This document shows positions 7,585 to 16,338 of a stretch of DNA of 41,822 bases, in pieces. A program made the position numbers and the translations under genes. The notes under the pieces were generated by a model. The model saw only the letters and a program-made list of their open reading frames with translations. It did no database searches and was not told the DNA's origin. This stretch comes from Candidatus Micrarchaeota archaeon (GTDB lineage: Archaea; Micrarchaeota; Micrarchaeia; Anstonellales; Bilamarchaeaceae), in contig JAGVWJ010000006.1 of the NCBI GenBank assembly GCA_018304385.1, positions 1 through 41,822 of the forward strand, written 5' to 3'. Position 1 is the first letter of the stretch; each line of letters begins with the position of its first letter.

Positions 7585-8607
7585 TCATGGAAGATAAATG
7601 AATCTTCTAACTCCAACCATTTTAGTTTTTACTTTTCTTTGTTTTTCTAATTTTGTTATTTGTTCTGAAACTGTTGAAGGTGTTCTTTTTACTAAAGCAG
7701 ACAATTGGCTTACTGTAAGAGACTCCTTTTCTTTCAAAATTTTTATGACTACATTTTCAAAATCTGCTAAAAAATAGTAATTCTTGTAAGATGCTACAAC
7801 TTCTGCCAATAATTTTTTTCTTTTTGGATGTAAGAAACCTATGCTATTCGAGAATCTTACTATATCGTCTCTTCTAGAAATCTGCAAAAAGTAGGTCTTG
7901 TTTTCTCTTGGATCTTTGAAGATTCTGGAGTTGATACCGAATCTTAGTAGACAATACCTGAGATCATCTAAATATTTCGTACTTGCTCCATAAAGTCTAA
8001 TTCTTCTGGTATGGCCTGATGTTGCATTATCTTTTCTTTTTGTCAACTGAACACAACCATCTCCATCAAAAGCCCCACGAAGTGCATAGGCTAACAGACC
8101 TAGATTCGCATTCTTCATCCATTCTGGCATGTAACAAGTAAAAGTTTTGTTACCTGCCTGGATTCCAAAAACTTTAGACATTATTAATGCAAGCGTTCTA
8201 TTGAATATTTCGATTCTGTCATATTCTTTATTTCTTATGTAACTTATACCATAATTGCTAAATAGGGAGATAACTTTCTCTTTTAATAAATTCGTAATAC
8301 TGGTTAACTTTACTCTATCAAAGTTCTTAGATATGTGCCCATCAGTCCTTAGTAATTCTGAAACATAAAACCATTCCTTGTGTATCTCAAAAATAAGCGG
8401 AAGGAGAATAGGTTTTCCATACCTGCTAATATGAAATCCACATATATTTTCTATTGGTATGTTTGGTCTCCTTTTTCTCAATTCAGAAATGGATATCCCT
8501 CTCTTTTGGGTTGGATGTTTTACATAAATCTCATCCTCACCGAAATATTTTCTTATATCAATTTTCATAGTCTTTTCATCTCTTTTTTCCTTTATAATCT
8601 CTTCCAT
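7585..8607 (-). CDS. free-standing LAGLIDADG (DOD-type) homing-endonuclease-like protein with C-terminal winged HTH
   Basis: ELLRTDG and ALRGAFDGDGCV motifs; C-terminal LTVSQLSALVKRTPSTVSEQITKLEK; no intein splicing blocks; GGAGGTG SD before ATG 8607. Confidence 0.8.
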   Translation of the reverse strand: MEEIIKEKRDEKTMKIDIRKYFGEDEIYVKHPTQKRGISISELRKRRPNIPIENICGFHISRYGKPILLPLIFEIHKEWFYVSELLRTDGHISKNFDRVKLTSITNLLKEKVISLFSNYGISYIRNKEYDRIEIFNRTLALIMSKVFGIQAGNKTFTCYMPEWMKNANLGLLAYALRGAFDGDGCVQLTKRKDNATSGHTRRIRLYGASTKYLDDLRYCLLRFGINSRIFKDPRENKTYFLQISRRDDIVRFSNSIGFLHPKRKKLLAEVVASYKNYYFLADFENVVIKILKEKESLTVSQLSALVKRTPSTVSEQITKLEKQRKVKTKMVGVRRFIYLP

Positions 8608-8630
8608 ATCCAGCACCTCCATGCCTATGC

Positions 8631-8802
8631 CGCCTTACTTTTACGTTTTAGGCGAAGCAGAGGCTGGAGGTTGAAGCAACCGAAAGCCAAGAAAGGAGAA
8701 CTTAAGAAAATTAAACATGAAACGAGCCGGAATGTCTTTTATTGGTTTCGGTTGTCAAACCGAACTTGCGAAAGCAAGTTTGACCATTAAATGGCTTTCG
8801 GC
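8631..8802. ncRNA. candidate structured non-coding element
   Basis: CAACCGAAAGCCAA (8677-8690) pairs with 8742-8754; AACTTGC-GAAA-GCAAGTT hairpin at 8763-8780; CGCCT/AGGCG hairpin at 8631-8654. Confidence 0.4.
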
Positions 8803-8861
8803 GAAGTGAGGAGAGCAAATAAAAAACTTTGTATAAATTATTTAAGTAAAAGGGTGATTAT

Positions 8862-9095
8862 GTGACACAGAGACAAATCGGAAAGGGGCATTATGCGCAT
8901 AAGTTAGGCACAAGAAGGGACGGTTTCACCCATAGACCAAAAAGACCAAACGGTTTCAAAGGAAAGCAAGTTCTTTTAGATGGCGTGCATAATCCTGCTG
9001 CGAGTAGTGGTGTTGGTCCAGTAGAAAGATTTATTTCACTTACTCATGAGCGTGCAAGACGTTTTGATCCATTTCCAACAAGTTGGGGCCCATAA
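8862..9095 (+). CDS. small basic hypothetical protein
   Basis: GTG start behind a GGGTGA SD; 77 aa rich in Arg, Lys, His and Gly. Confidence 0.45.
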   Translation: MTQRQIGKGHYAHKLGTRRDGFTHRPKRPNGFKGKQVLLDGVHNPAASSGVGPVERFISLTHERARRFDPFPTSWGP

Positions 9096-9242
9096 TTATA
9101 TAAATCTAGTTTGAAATATTTATCATGATCCTCTAGAAAAGTCCAGTGACCTTCGGTCACTAGCTCCCAAAATGCTAATCGCATTTCAGGATCGGATCAA
9201 TCTATTCACAACCAACGAGATAAATTCTCAGGTTGTGAAGCT

Positions 9243-11153
9243 GTGAATCGAAAAAACTTATTTGGTTGTGAATATCCAATGCCACCTGGTTCTGATCCTA
9301 ATCCTAATAAAAATACCATTAGAATGGTAACTGCTAATACTGACAATTCTATTCATGCATCTACCAAGGTTGACCTTCGATCATTTCGAAATCGTGATAC
9401 ATTATTAGATGTTACTAAAGCTGGTTTTGGAGCAGATAAAGTCCAAGCGCCTTATATAGAAAGTGAATTCGATGGTGTAAAGACTAGTGGTCACGAGGTT
9501 AAACAAATAGGGGATCTGGTAAAAATTTATGATAAAGAAAGCAATCCTAATGCCGAAAGAGATGGGTTCCAAGCTTATTTTGTTGTAGTATCAAACGGTC
9601 AGACGGAAAAAGCTGGGTTACCATTTGAGGCGCAGGAAGGAAAAAAGGAATTCTTGAATGCAGATAATACTACAGTTGATAAACTTAGAAAAATGATAGA
9701 AGAGCTGCCTGAAAATGCAGAATTGGTTATTGTTTGGAGAAGGGATGTTGATAAAACTAAAGATATAACAGTTGATAGTTCTTCTTTTGCCCCACTAGTA
9801 GTTAACCAAAGTAATTCTGGCTTTGATATTCCGCGTCTTGGAGGAGGTGGGTTTCACCCTGAATTAAACCCAGAACTAGTTTTGGATGATGGATTGTATT
9901 TATTTACAGATAAGGGAGAAGACAGAATAACATTTAGCACAGAAATAGTAAAACCAATAGTTAATCAGGAATATTTATGGTGGGATGCAGGTATTATGCC
10001 TATATTGCAATACCCTACACCAGCGTTGCAAATAGATCCGCAATCAAACCAAGCTCAAAGATTTATATATCTAGATGGAGTTTTAACTTCAACCATTGAA
10101 TATTTCAAACCAGATGATCCAAAACCTCCACCAATCTCTATCCAAATTTGGAGTGCTACTAATAATGATGGTTCAAATAGTCAAAAAATTGGTTTAGCAG
10201 ATAAACAATTGGTACGATCACAACTAAATCATATTGTTGCACAGGAGGAATCCATGATAATGCGTTTACTGATGAATCCAACTGAACGAAAGCTTTGGGG
10301 CAAAATGTATGGTTTACCAGATGATGAAGATGCACGCTCTATAACCCGAGGAGATGAATTTATAAACGTCAGCCGCGTTAGAGAAGACAGTAATTACGAT
10401 TCTCCAAAAGATGATGGCGGTCCAAAGGATGCACCAAAAGGAAGCCCAACTAATCCTAAAAATGGTTTTACTATGAGCGATAATGATATAGAGTTCGAAA
10501 AATCAGATGAGAAAACTCAGCACCCATCTCGTTTAATGTTTACCACGTTATTTGAAAAACAAGATGATGCACAACCAGAAGTGGAAGAAAATAGAGATGA
10601 TCCGGATAAATTTGGCATGAAAGTCGTCATAGGTGATTTAAAACCTAAGAAGAAAAAAACACCTAAAAAAGCCAGAGAAGAAAGCACATTTATTCCGCCC
10701 AAGTTATTAGATACAAATCGAAATAAGAAAGCTAAGAGAAGAGAGGCGGCGGATAAAGAACACCATCGTAAATCCAAAAAATCAATAAGTGATAAACAAA
10801 AATTACCTAACATACTTACCAAGGATGCGAAAACTCCAAAGAAAAAAATAAATAATGCGCAACTAAAAGAAAAATTCAAGTACTCAAATATACCAAGTGC
10901 TAAGAGAGAGCAACTTGATATTACCAAACAATCTAAGAAATCAGAGAAAAAGAAAGTACCAAGAACAGAAAAGCCAAAGGTCGCTAAACGAGATATGATT
11001 GTTTTAGGAGGCAGCCCATTTGCAGCCATACCAAGCTCAAAGCCAGCAACTGCAAAAGCTAAGAAAATTAATAAAGATTATAAACTACTTTGGACGCTAG
11101 GCAAAAATGGGAATAAGTTTAAAAATGCTAAAAGAGAAAGAACAAACAGGTGA
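9243..11153 (+). CDS. large hypothetical protein with Lys-rich disordered C-terminal third
   Basis: 636-aa open frame; start uncertain (GTG 9243 or ATG 9279). Confidence 0.75.
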   Translation: MNRKNLFGCEYPMPPGSDPNPNKNTIRMVTANTDNSIHASTKVDLRSFRNRDTLLDVTKAGFGADKVQAPYIESEFDGVKTSGHEVKQIGDLVKIYDKESNPNAERDGFQAYFVVVSNGQTEKAGLPFEAQEGKKEFLNADNTTVDKLRKMIEELPENAELVIVWRRDVDKTKDITVDSSSFAPLVVNQSNSGFDIPRLGGGGFHPELNPELVLDDGLYLFTDKGEDRITFSTEIVKPIVNQEYLWWDAGIMPILQYPTPALQIDPQSNQAQRFIYLDGVLTSTIEYFKPDDPKPPPISIQIWSATNNDGSNSQKIGLADKQLVRSQLNHIVAQEESMIMRLLMNPTERKLWGKMYGLPDDEDARSITRGDEFINVSRVREDSNYDSPKDDGGPKDAPKGSPTNPKNGFTMSDNDIEFEKSDEKTQHPSRLMFTTLFEKQDDAQPEVEENRDDPDKFGMKVVIGDLKPKKKKTPKKAREESTFIPPKLLDTNRNKKAKRREAADKEHHRKSKKSISDKQKLPNILTKDAKTPKKKINNAQLKEKFKYSNIPSAKREQLDITKQSKKSEKKKVPRTEKPKVAKRDMIVLGGSPFAAIPSSKPATAKAKKINKDYKLLWTLGKNGNKFKNAKRERTNR

Positions 11154-11159
11154 TTTTTC

Positions 11160-11318
11160 ATGGTAGATAAAAAATGTGCTCAATGTGGGAATACAAAAGG
11201 AAAGTTTGTTGAGAAGAAAGGTGTAGGTAAGGCAAAGGCATTTTTCTGCGATAACGGAAAATGCTTCGGTGACTACAAAAAGAAAGGAGAAGAAAGCGGG
11301 GTTTGCGAGTTTTGTTAG
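11160..11318 (+). CDS. small zinc-finger-like protein (52 aa, six Cys)
   Basis: Not in the track. AGGTGA SD at 11148-11153; reads MVDKKCAQCGNTKGKFVEKKGVGKAKAFFCDNGKCFGDYKKKGEESGVCEFC. Confidence 0.75.
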   Translation: MVDKKCAQCGNTKGKFVEKKGVGKAKAFFCDNGKCFGDYKKKGEESGVCEFC

Positions 11319-11320
11319 TC

Positions 11321-11797
11321 ATGGACATTATAGAAATTGTCAGGCTGTTAAACTCACGAGATATATTTAAAGTAAATAAATTTATCGATATTGCAATCAT
11401 TGAATCTTTTAGCCAAGTAAAAACCACAAGTTTTGAAGACCCCAAGAAATATTTTGCATATCTTTTGAAGGTTTCTACAGATCCTCTAGGCATTTTTCTC
11501 ATGTTTTTATATTTCGACAGTTTCCCCCCTACTCACAACCAACCTCTTTCCATAGTTATACCTCTATTTCCTGCTATCTGTGTTTTATTAACTAAATTTT
11601 TCTTTTTCTCTGAAACAAAATCCTTATTTAAAATTCCGTTTATTGCCGCAGCTTTTTCTTCATTTTTTTATGATATGATTTTATTTGCATTTATTTGGTT
11701 TTTTCTAACATCTTCTACCGTCAGTTTGCTAACAATATTTATTGGTCTCGTATCTGTTGCAGTAGCATTAAGACCATACTTAATTGAGCTAATTTAA
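11321..11797 (+). CDS. hypothetical membrane protein
   Basis: About four hydrophobic segments; ATG 11321 follows the zinc-finger stop by 2 nt. Confidence 0.65.
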   Translation: MDIIEIVRLLNSRDIFKVNKFIDIAIIESFSQVKTTSFEDPKKYFAYLLKVSTDPLGIFLMFLYFDSFPPTHNQPLSIVIPLFPAICVLLTKFFFFSETKSLFKIPFIAAAFSSFFYDMILFAFIWFFLTSSTVSLLTIFIGLVSVAVALRPYLIELI

Positions 11798-11807
11798 GAA
11801 ATAAAAA

Positions 11808-11961
11808 CGGGCCCGAGGAGATTTGTTCTTTGATGAAACTTTACTAAAGCGAAAGTTTCAATTGAACTCCTGACACATGGATTAAGAGTCCATCGCTTTT
11901 GGCGCTAATGTTATTATATAATTAGAGGAACATAAGCACTACCAAGCTGAGCTACGGGCCC
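11808..11961 (-). tRNA. tRNA-Lys(CTT) with two non-canonical introns (22/23: 11898-11938, 41 nt; 58/59: 11823-11861, 39 nt)
   Basis: Acceptor GGGCCCG/CGGGCCC; anticodon arm ATGGA-CTCTTAA-TCCAT; BHB central helices TGGT/GCCA and GTTC/GAAC. Removing both introns gives a normal 74-nt tRNA. Confidence 0.9.
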
Positions 11962-12023
11962 ACAACTAGTAGATATAGAATGGGTACAGAAAGCTATTTA
12001 ATTATAATTGCAATTATCTTCTT

Positions 12024-12854
12024 ATGCGCTTAATGCTGTTATCCCTAATGTTATTCACAATTCTATTCGCGCATGGTGATGAACCAGAAGAGCATGAAGA
12101 ACACGCAGGTGTATGGGAGCGTTTAAATCTTCCAGATCCAATGGATATTGTTTATATTGCTTCTTTAGTATCTGGTTTGGCCGTTGTTATTGCGCTAATG
12201 GCGATACATGGGCTAAGTAATCAAGGTAAAAAGATAATTTTTTTTATAATTGCAGTTCCAGTAGTAGTTGCAACGCTCTATCTAGCAGCAACAACTGTTT
12301 ATCTTAACATGGTATCAGAAACCGGCGGACCAGTACATTGGCATGCTGATTACGAGATGTGGGCATGTGGGCAGCAATACGAACTTGTAGATCCAAAGAA
12401 TTTTGATAACAAAATAGGCAGCCCTGTTTTTCATGAGCATAATGATAATAGGATACATGCAGAAGGTGTGCTATTTCAAAAAAGAGATGCGCGCTTAGGA
12501 AGATTCTTTACTGAAGTTGGCGGTAAGCTTACGAGGAGCGAATTCATCTTGCCAACAGAGGATGGATTAAAGACATGGAAAAATGGTGAGATATGCAATG
12601 GCAAGCCCGCAAAGCTTCAGGTTTTCGTCTATAAAATTGTAAACGCAAATCCATCCCAGAAAACAGGCTTTTTATATAAACAAACTAAACTTGATGATTT
12701 TAGTGATTATGTTTTATCAGAGTATGCAAATGTCCCACCAGGAGATTGCATAATTATTGAGTTTGATCAGGAAAAAGTTAAAACTGATAAGTCATGCTCA
12801 ACATACGAGCTTGCAATAGAAAAAGGAGAGATGAGGGAAGCAGATGGCAGTTGA
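12024..12854 (+). CDS. His-rich membrane-anchored protein, putative metal binding
   Basis: Signal peptide, HGDEPEEHEEH, two TM helices, then HWHAD and HEHND-x3-HAEG. Confidence 0.7.
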   Translation: MRLMLLSLMLFTILFAHGDEPEEHEEHAGVWERLNLPDPMDIVYIASLVSGLAVVIALMAIHGLSNQGKKIIFFIIAVPVVVATLYLAATTVYLNMVSETGGPVHWHADYEMWACGQQYELVDPKNFDNKIGSPVFHEHNDNRIHAEGVLFQKRDARLGRFFTEVGGKLTRSEFILPTEDGLKTWKNGEICNGKPAKLQVFVYKIVNANPSQKTGFLYKQTKLDDFSDYVLSEYANVPPGDCIIIEFDQEKVKTDKSCSTYELAIEKGEMREADGS

Positions 12855-13554
12855 AGCAGGTTTGCCGCAAATAGGCACTGTTATTGTAACAGCAATAATC
12901 GATTCCATTAATCCATGTGCTATAGGTGTAATGATACTACTAGTTTCTCTAATGATAGCTAATGCAAGGCTAAGACCAAAAATGCTTATGTATGGTGGGC
13001 TTTATATATTTTCGATATTTTTAACCTACCTACTTGCAGGTTTAGGATTAATCGCATTTTTTCAAGTTATCCCTTTATGGGTCTCTGAATATATTGCAAT
13101 AGTTGTAGGTAGTATAATAGTTATAGCCGGTCTAATAGAGGTTAAGGATTTCTTTTGGTATGGTCAAGGCATATCATTATCCATTCCCGCTGAACGTGCT
13201 AAGCAGATAAAAAAGATGCTTGAAAACATTAGTGTATGGGGCGTGATATTTCTAGGTGCATTTGTTGCTGCTGTCGAGCTTCCATGCACTGGCGGCCCAT
13301 ATCTTGCTATAATACTGCTACTATCCCAGAACTTTAATTTCACAGCATTCTTACTTTTAGTTTTCTATAATATCCTATTTGTATTGCCATTAGTGCTTAT
13401 ATTGCTCGCAGTAATGCTTGGTACAAAAGTAACTGCCCTCGCAAAATGGAAACAAGCTTCGCGTGCGCATATGAGATTGGCAATAGGCGTAATTCTTATA
13501 ATACTTGGTTGGTTACTTATATTAATTGCAAATGGAACGATCAATTTGGGATGA
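12844..13554 (+). CDS. CcdA/DsbD-transmembrane-domain-like disulfide transporter
   Basis: Six TM helices with two intramembrane Cys motifs, INPCAIG and ELPCTGG. Confidence 0.8.
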   Translation: MAVEAGLPQIGTVIVTAIIDSINPCAIGVMILLVSLMIANARLRPKMLMYGGLYIFSIFLTYLLAGLGLIAFFQVIPLWVSEYIAIVVGSIIVIAGLIEVKDFFWYGQGISLSIPAERAKQIKKMLENISVWGVIFLGAFVAAVELPCTGGPYLAIILLLSQNFNFTAFLLLVFYNILFVLPLVLILLAVMLGTKVTALAKWKQASRAHMRLAIGVILIILGWLLILIANGTINLG

Positions 13555-13865
13555 ATATGGTAAAAGTAAAAAAACCTGAGAAAAAAAACACGCAAGTTAC
13601 GCTGGTTGTAAAACGCCGCGGCCACAGCGAGCCTTTTGATGAGAAGAAGACATATGGTTCGGTTTATGCAGCATGCTCTAATTGCGATCTTCATGAAAAA
13701 GAATGTGAGAAGCTCGCAGAGCAAGTTCTTGATGAACTTAAGAAAGCACTTGCCGGAAAAAAGGAAATAAATTCAACTGAAATATTTGGCTTGGTTATTT
13801 CTATATTGGCTAAATATCATGAGGATGCTGCCATGATGTATGAGTTGCATAGGGATATAAGTTAG
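13551..13865 (+). CDS. stand-alone ATP-cone domain protein
   Basis: VVKRRGHSEPFDEKK motif; ATGA overlap with the upstream gene (the track start at 13446 is too long). Confidence 0.75.
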   Translation: MNMVKVKKPEKKNTQVTLVVKRRGHSEPFDEKKTYGSVYAACSNCDLHEKECEKLAEQVLDELKKALAGKKEINSTEIFGLVISILAKYHEDAAMMYELHRDIS

Positions 13866-13905
13866 TTATGGGTCTTGAGTAATGAGTTTTGAGTTGGTGA
13901 ATATT

Positions 13906-14214
13906 ATGGCTGAATTTACAAAGGTTTGTTCAATAAATGATGTAAAAACAAATAGTGCAAAGCGTATTTCTGTTAATGGCCAAGAGCTTGTACTATTTAA
14001 TCTAAATGGAAAGTTCTATGCAATTGAGGCAGCATGTACGCATGCTGGCGGACCTTTAGACGAAGGTGCTATTGAAGGCAATGAAGTTGAATGTCCATGG
14101 CACGGTGCTAAATTTGATATTACAACTGGCAAAACGCTTTCTCCTCCAGCATCAAGCGATGTAAAAAAATATGAAGTAAAAGTAGAAGGAAGCGACGTAA
14201 TGGTTAAGGTTTAG
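13906..14214 (+). CDS. Rieske-type [2Fe-2S] ferredoxin
   Basis: CTHAGGPL and CPWHG Rieske motifs; GGTGA SD before ATG 13906. Confidence 0.93.
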   Translation: MAEFTKVCSINDVKTNSAKRISVNGQELVLFNLNGKFYAIEAACTHAGGPLDEGAIEGNEVECPWHGAKFDITTGKTLSPPASSDVKKYEVKVEGSDVMVKV

Positions 14215-14232
14215 CAGTGAGCAACTGATACT

Positions 14233-14883
14233 ATGCGCGCATATATTTTATTTTTAATTTTATTTCTGTTATTTGGTTGCGCAATGTCAGGGGGCAGACT
14301 CCCTAGCGCAACCCCCACACCAGCACCCGAACCAGCGCCACAACCAACCCCTTCTCCAGTTCCGCAGCCAGCCCCTCAATCAGAACCTGTTCCATTACCA
14401 ATTGATCGACCATCAGATTATGCAACTGGACAGGCTGAAATAGAACCTTCACCAACGCCAACACCTCAACCAGCTCCATTGCCAGTTCCACAACCTCCGC
14501 CAGCACCAGTTGCTCAACCTAAAGTAATAAACGGAAAAACATTAAGTGAGCGGTTGGAAGAAGCTAGTGATCGTTTGCATACACAAGGGTCTGGTCAGCG
14601 CATAAGAAATGACTTTCCAGATATAAAATTAGTTTATACTGATAATGCGCAAGGCACAGGATTTCCAGAAATGATTCTTCCTTTTAAGTATTACTATAGT
14701 GAAGAGGCAGATAAAACATTTAATATTTGCAAAATTGATCTTACTGTCTTTATCTGTAAAGGAAAGCTCGATAAGCTTATTACAAAAGATGATATCGATA
14801 GCGGACGATGCGAGGTTACCCAAGTGTACCAGGATCCGCGGGCTGGCGGAAGAGGTGGATACAATTACCCATATAATAGTTAA
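14233..14883 (+). CDS. lipobox protein with Pro-rich linker
   Basis: Signal peptide ending LLFGC; PSATP(TP/AP)n linker; Cys-containing C-terminal domain. Confidence 0.75.
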   Translation: MRAYILFLILFLLFGCAMSGGRLPSATPTPAPEPAPQPTPSPVPQPAPQSEPVPLPIDRPSDYATGQAEIEPSPTPTPQPAPLPVPQPPPAPVAQPKVINGKTLSERLEEASDRLHTQGSGQRIRNDFPDIKLVYTDNAQGTGFPEMILPFKYYYSEEADKTFNICKIDLTVFICKGKLDKLITKDDIDSGRCEVTQVYQDPRAGGRGGYNYPYNS

Positions 14884-15373
14884 AGCCCTAAAAAAGGTAT
14901 TTTCAGAGAAAAAATATATTTTACTCTCATTATTTTTCGCAGCATTTATGTTTTCAATTCTTATTCTACTGCCAGTTGGCCGCTTTAACTACAAGGCGTT
15001 TTACTATCAGGTCACTGGGTTAGATGGCGCTTCGCTTTTTATTATGGTTTTGTTTTCTATTATTTTGGGGATCTTAATATCCATGCAGGTTTATTTGATT
15101 AAGAAAACGCATGAATCAAAGAAAAAATTATTTGGTAAAGGAATTATTTCTGGATTTTTTTCATTTTTCGCAGGTATTTTCGGGAGCGCAGTTTGTGTTG
15201 CGTGTCTATCTATCTTATTAGGGTTTCTTGGAATCGGAGCGATAACATTTCTAATTACCTATCGCACTCATCTTTTTGTTTTATCTGCACTAATTGCATT
15301 ATTCTCGCTTTATTCTGCCTCGCGCGGCGTTATAGCGCATGAAGAATGCAAGGTTTGTAAAATTAAAATATAG
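14855..15373 (+). CDS. four-TM membrane protein with two CxxC motifs
   Basis: VCVAC within a TM segment and C-terminal ECKVC. Start uncertain; GTG 14855 chosen to minimise overlap. Confidence 0.7.
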   Translation: MDTITHIIVKALKKVFSEKKYILLSLFFAAFMFSILILLPVGRFNYKAFYYQVTGLDGASLFIMVLFSIILGILISMQVYLIKKTHESKKKLFGKGIISGFFSFFAGIFGSAVCVACLSILLGFLGIGAITFLITYRTHLFVLSALIALFSLYSASRGVIAHEECKVCKIKI

Positions 15374-15378
15374 TCTTC

Positions 15379-16260
15379 TCATTTTTTGGCTTTGAAAAAT
15401 TTAAGAAAAATTAATGTAATAACTATAATAGCAATAAGTAATACGGTACTATTGTCGCCCTTTTTTACCTCTTTTTTTCGTGTGTCTACTACTGGCTCTT
15501 TTATTTTTATAGTATTTGTTTGGTTTTTGGCAAGTATAATTGGCTCTGCCTTTGTTGTTTGACTTATGTTTTCATAAGGTTCAACTTTTATGGTTTCATT
15601 TTTTTTAACACAGTTGCTATTAATACAAGTTAATCCATTATTGCACTTTTCAATAATCTGTATTGCTCTAGAATTATTACACATATATTCTATTATTGCA
15701 TCGTCATCACAATGTTTTTCAAGTATTTTTTTAGTTATATTAAATTTTATTTTATTTACCTCTTTATAAGTTGAAACTATAGTTTCTGAAACAGAAGAGT
15801 TATCCAATGATTGACATTCATAATCCTCTTCTGCTGTCAAAGCGAATGTTATTTCTTTTTGTATCGCAGTACATTCACAGTTTTTTTCATTAGTGCATTT
15901 TATATCAAATTTTGCAGTTATGTTCTCTAGTTTTAGCATAAAATTAATTGTTTTGTTTGTTGTTGGTTCAATAACCATGAACCAGTGTTTTTCATTTTTT
16001 CTTAGGGTGGTTACTTCCTGTTCTTGATAGCCTGGGCCAAAGGGGGCGGAAGGATGTATTATAGAAGCCGTTGAAGTCGCAGAAACCATGCAAGAATTAA
16101 GCACGTTATTATAATAAGAGTCAACATTTACCTCAAAAAATAATCCTCTATCTTGCCCTACTTCAATTTGAATTTTCGTACCTACTGGTCCAATTGTATA
16201 AACTGCAGAAAAAATTATTGTTACTAAGGATAAAATGAAAAGTATATATCTTATTTGCAT
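15379..16260 (-). CDS. Cys-rich secreted/surface protein with C-terminal membrane anchor
   Basis: Signal peptide, several Cys pairs, many N-x-S/T sites, terminal hydrophobic helix followed by KAKK. Confidence 0.75.
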   Translation of the reverse strand: MQIRYILFILSLVTIIFSAVYTIGPVGTKIQIEVGQDRGLFFEVNVDSYYNNVLNSCMVSATSTASIIHPSAPFGPGYQEQEVTTLRKNEKHWFMVIEPTTNKTINFMLKLENITAKFDIKCTNEKNCECTAIQKEITFALTAEEDYECQSLDNSSVSETIVSTYKEVNKIKFNITKKILEKHCDDDAIIEYMCNNSRAIQIIEKCNNGLTCINSNCVKKNETIKVEPYENISQTTKAEPIILAKNQTNTIKIKEPVVDTRKKEVKKGDNSTVLLIAIIVITLIFLKFFKAKK

Positions 16261-16338
16261 ATTGAGTCGCCATTTGAAATTTGCTAGTTAATATTTATAA
16301 TATTAAGGGCATTTAATCTTGTTTTTTGGAAAAAATAA

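Noticed and set aside
7585-8622. Intein or group I intron
   Set aside because: No N-terminal Cys/Ser block or C-terminal His-Asn, no host exons, and no recognisable P/Q/R/S core.
9128-9165. AGAAAAGTCC plus the AGTGACC/GGTCACT hairpin as RNase P RNA
   Set aside because: The P4 partner and other conserved regions are absent and the space is too short; it is probably an isolated hairpin.
11158-11502. Track ORF on the minus strand
   Set aside because: Antisense shadow of the plus-strand zinc-finger and membrane-protein genes, which have an SD and tight coupling.
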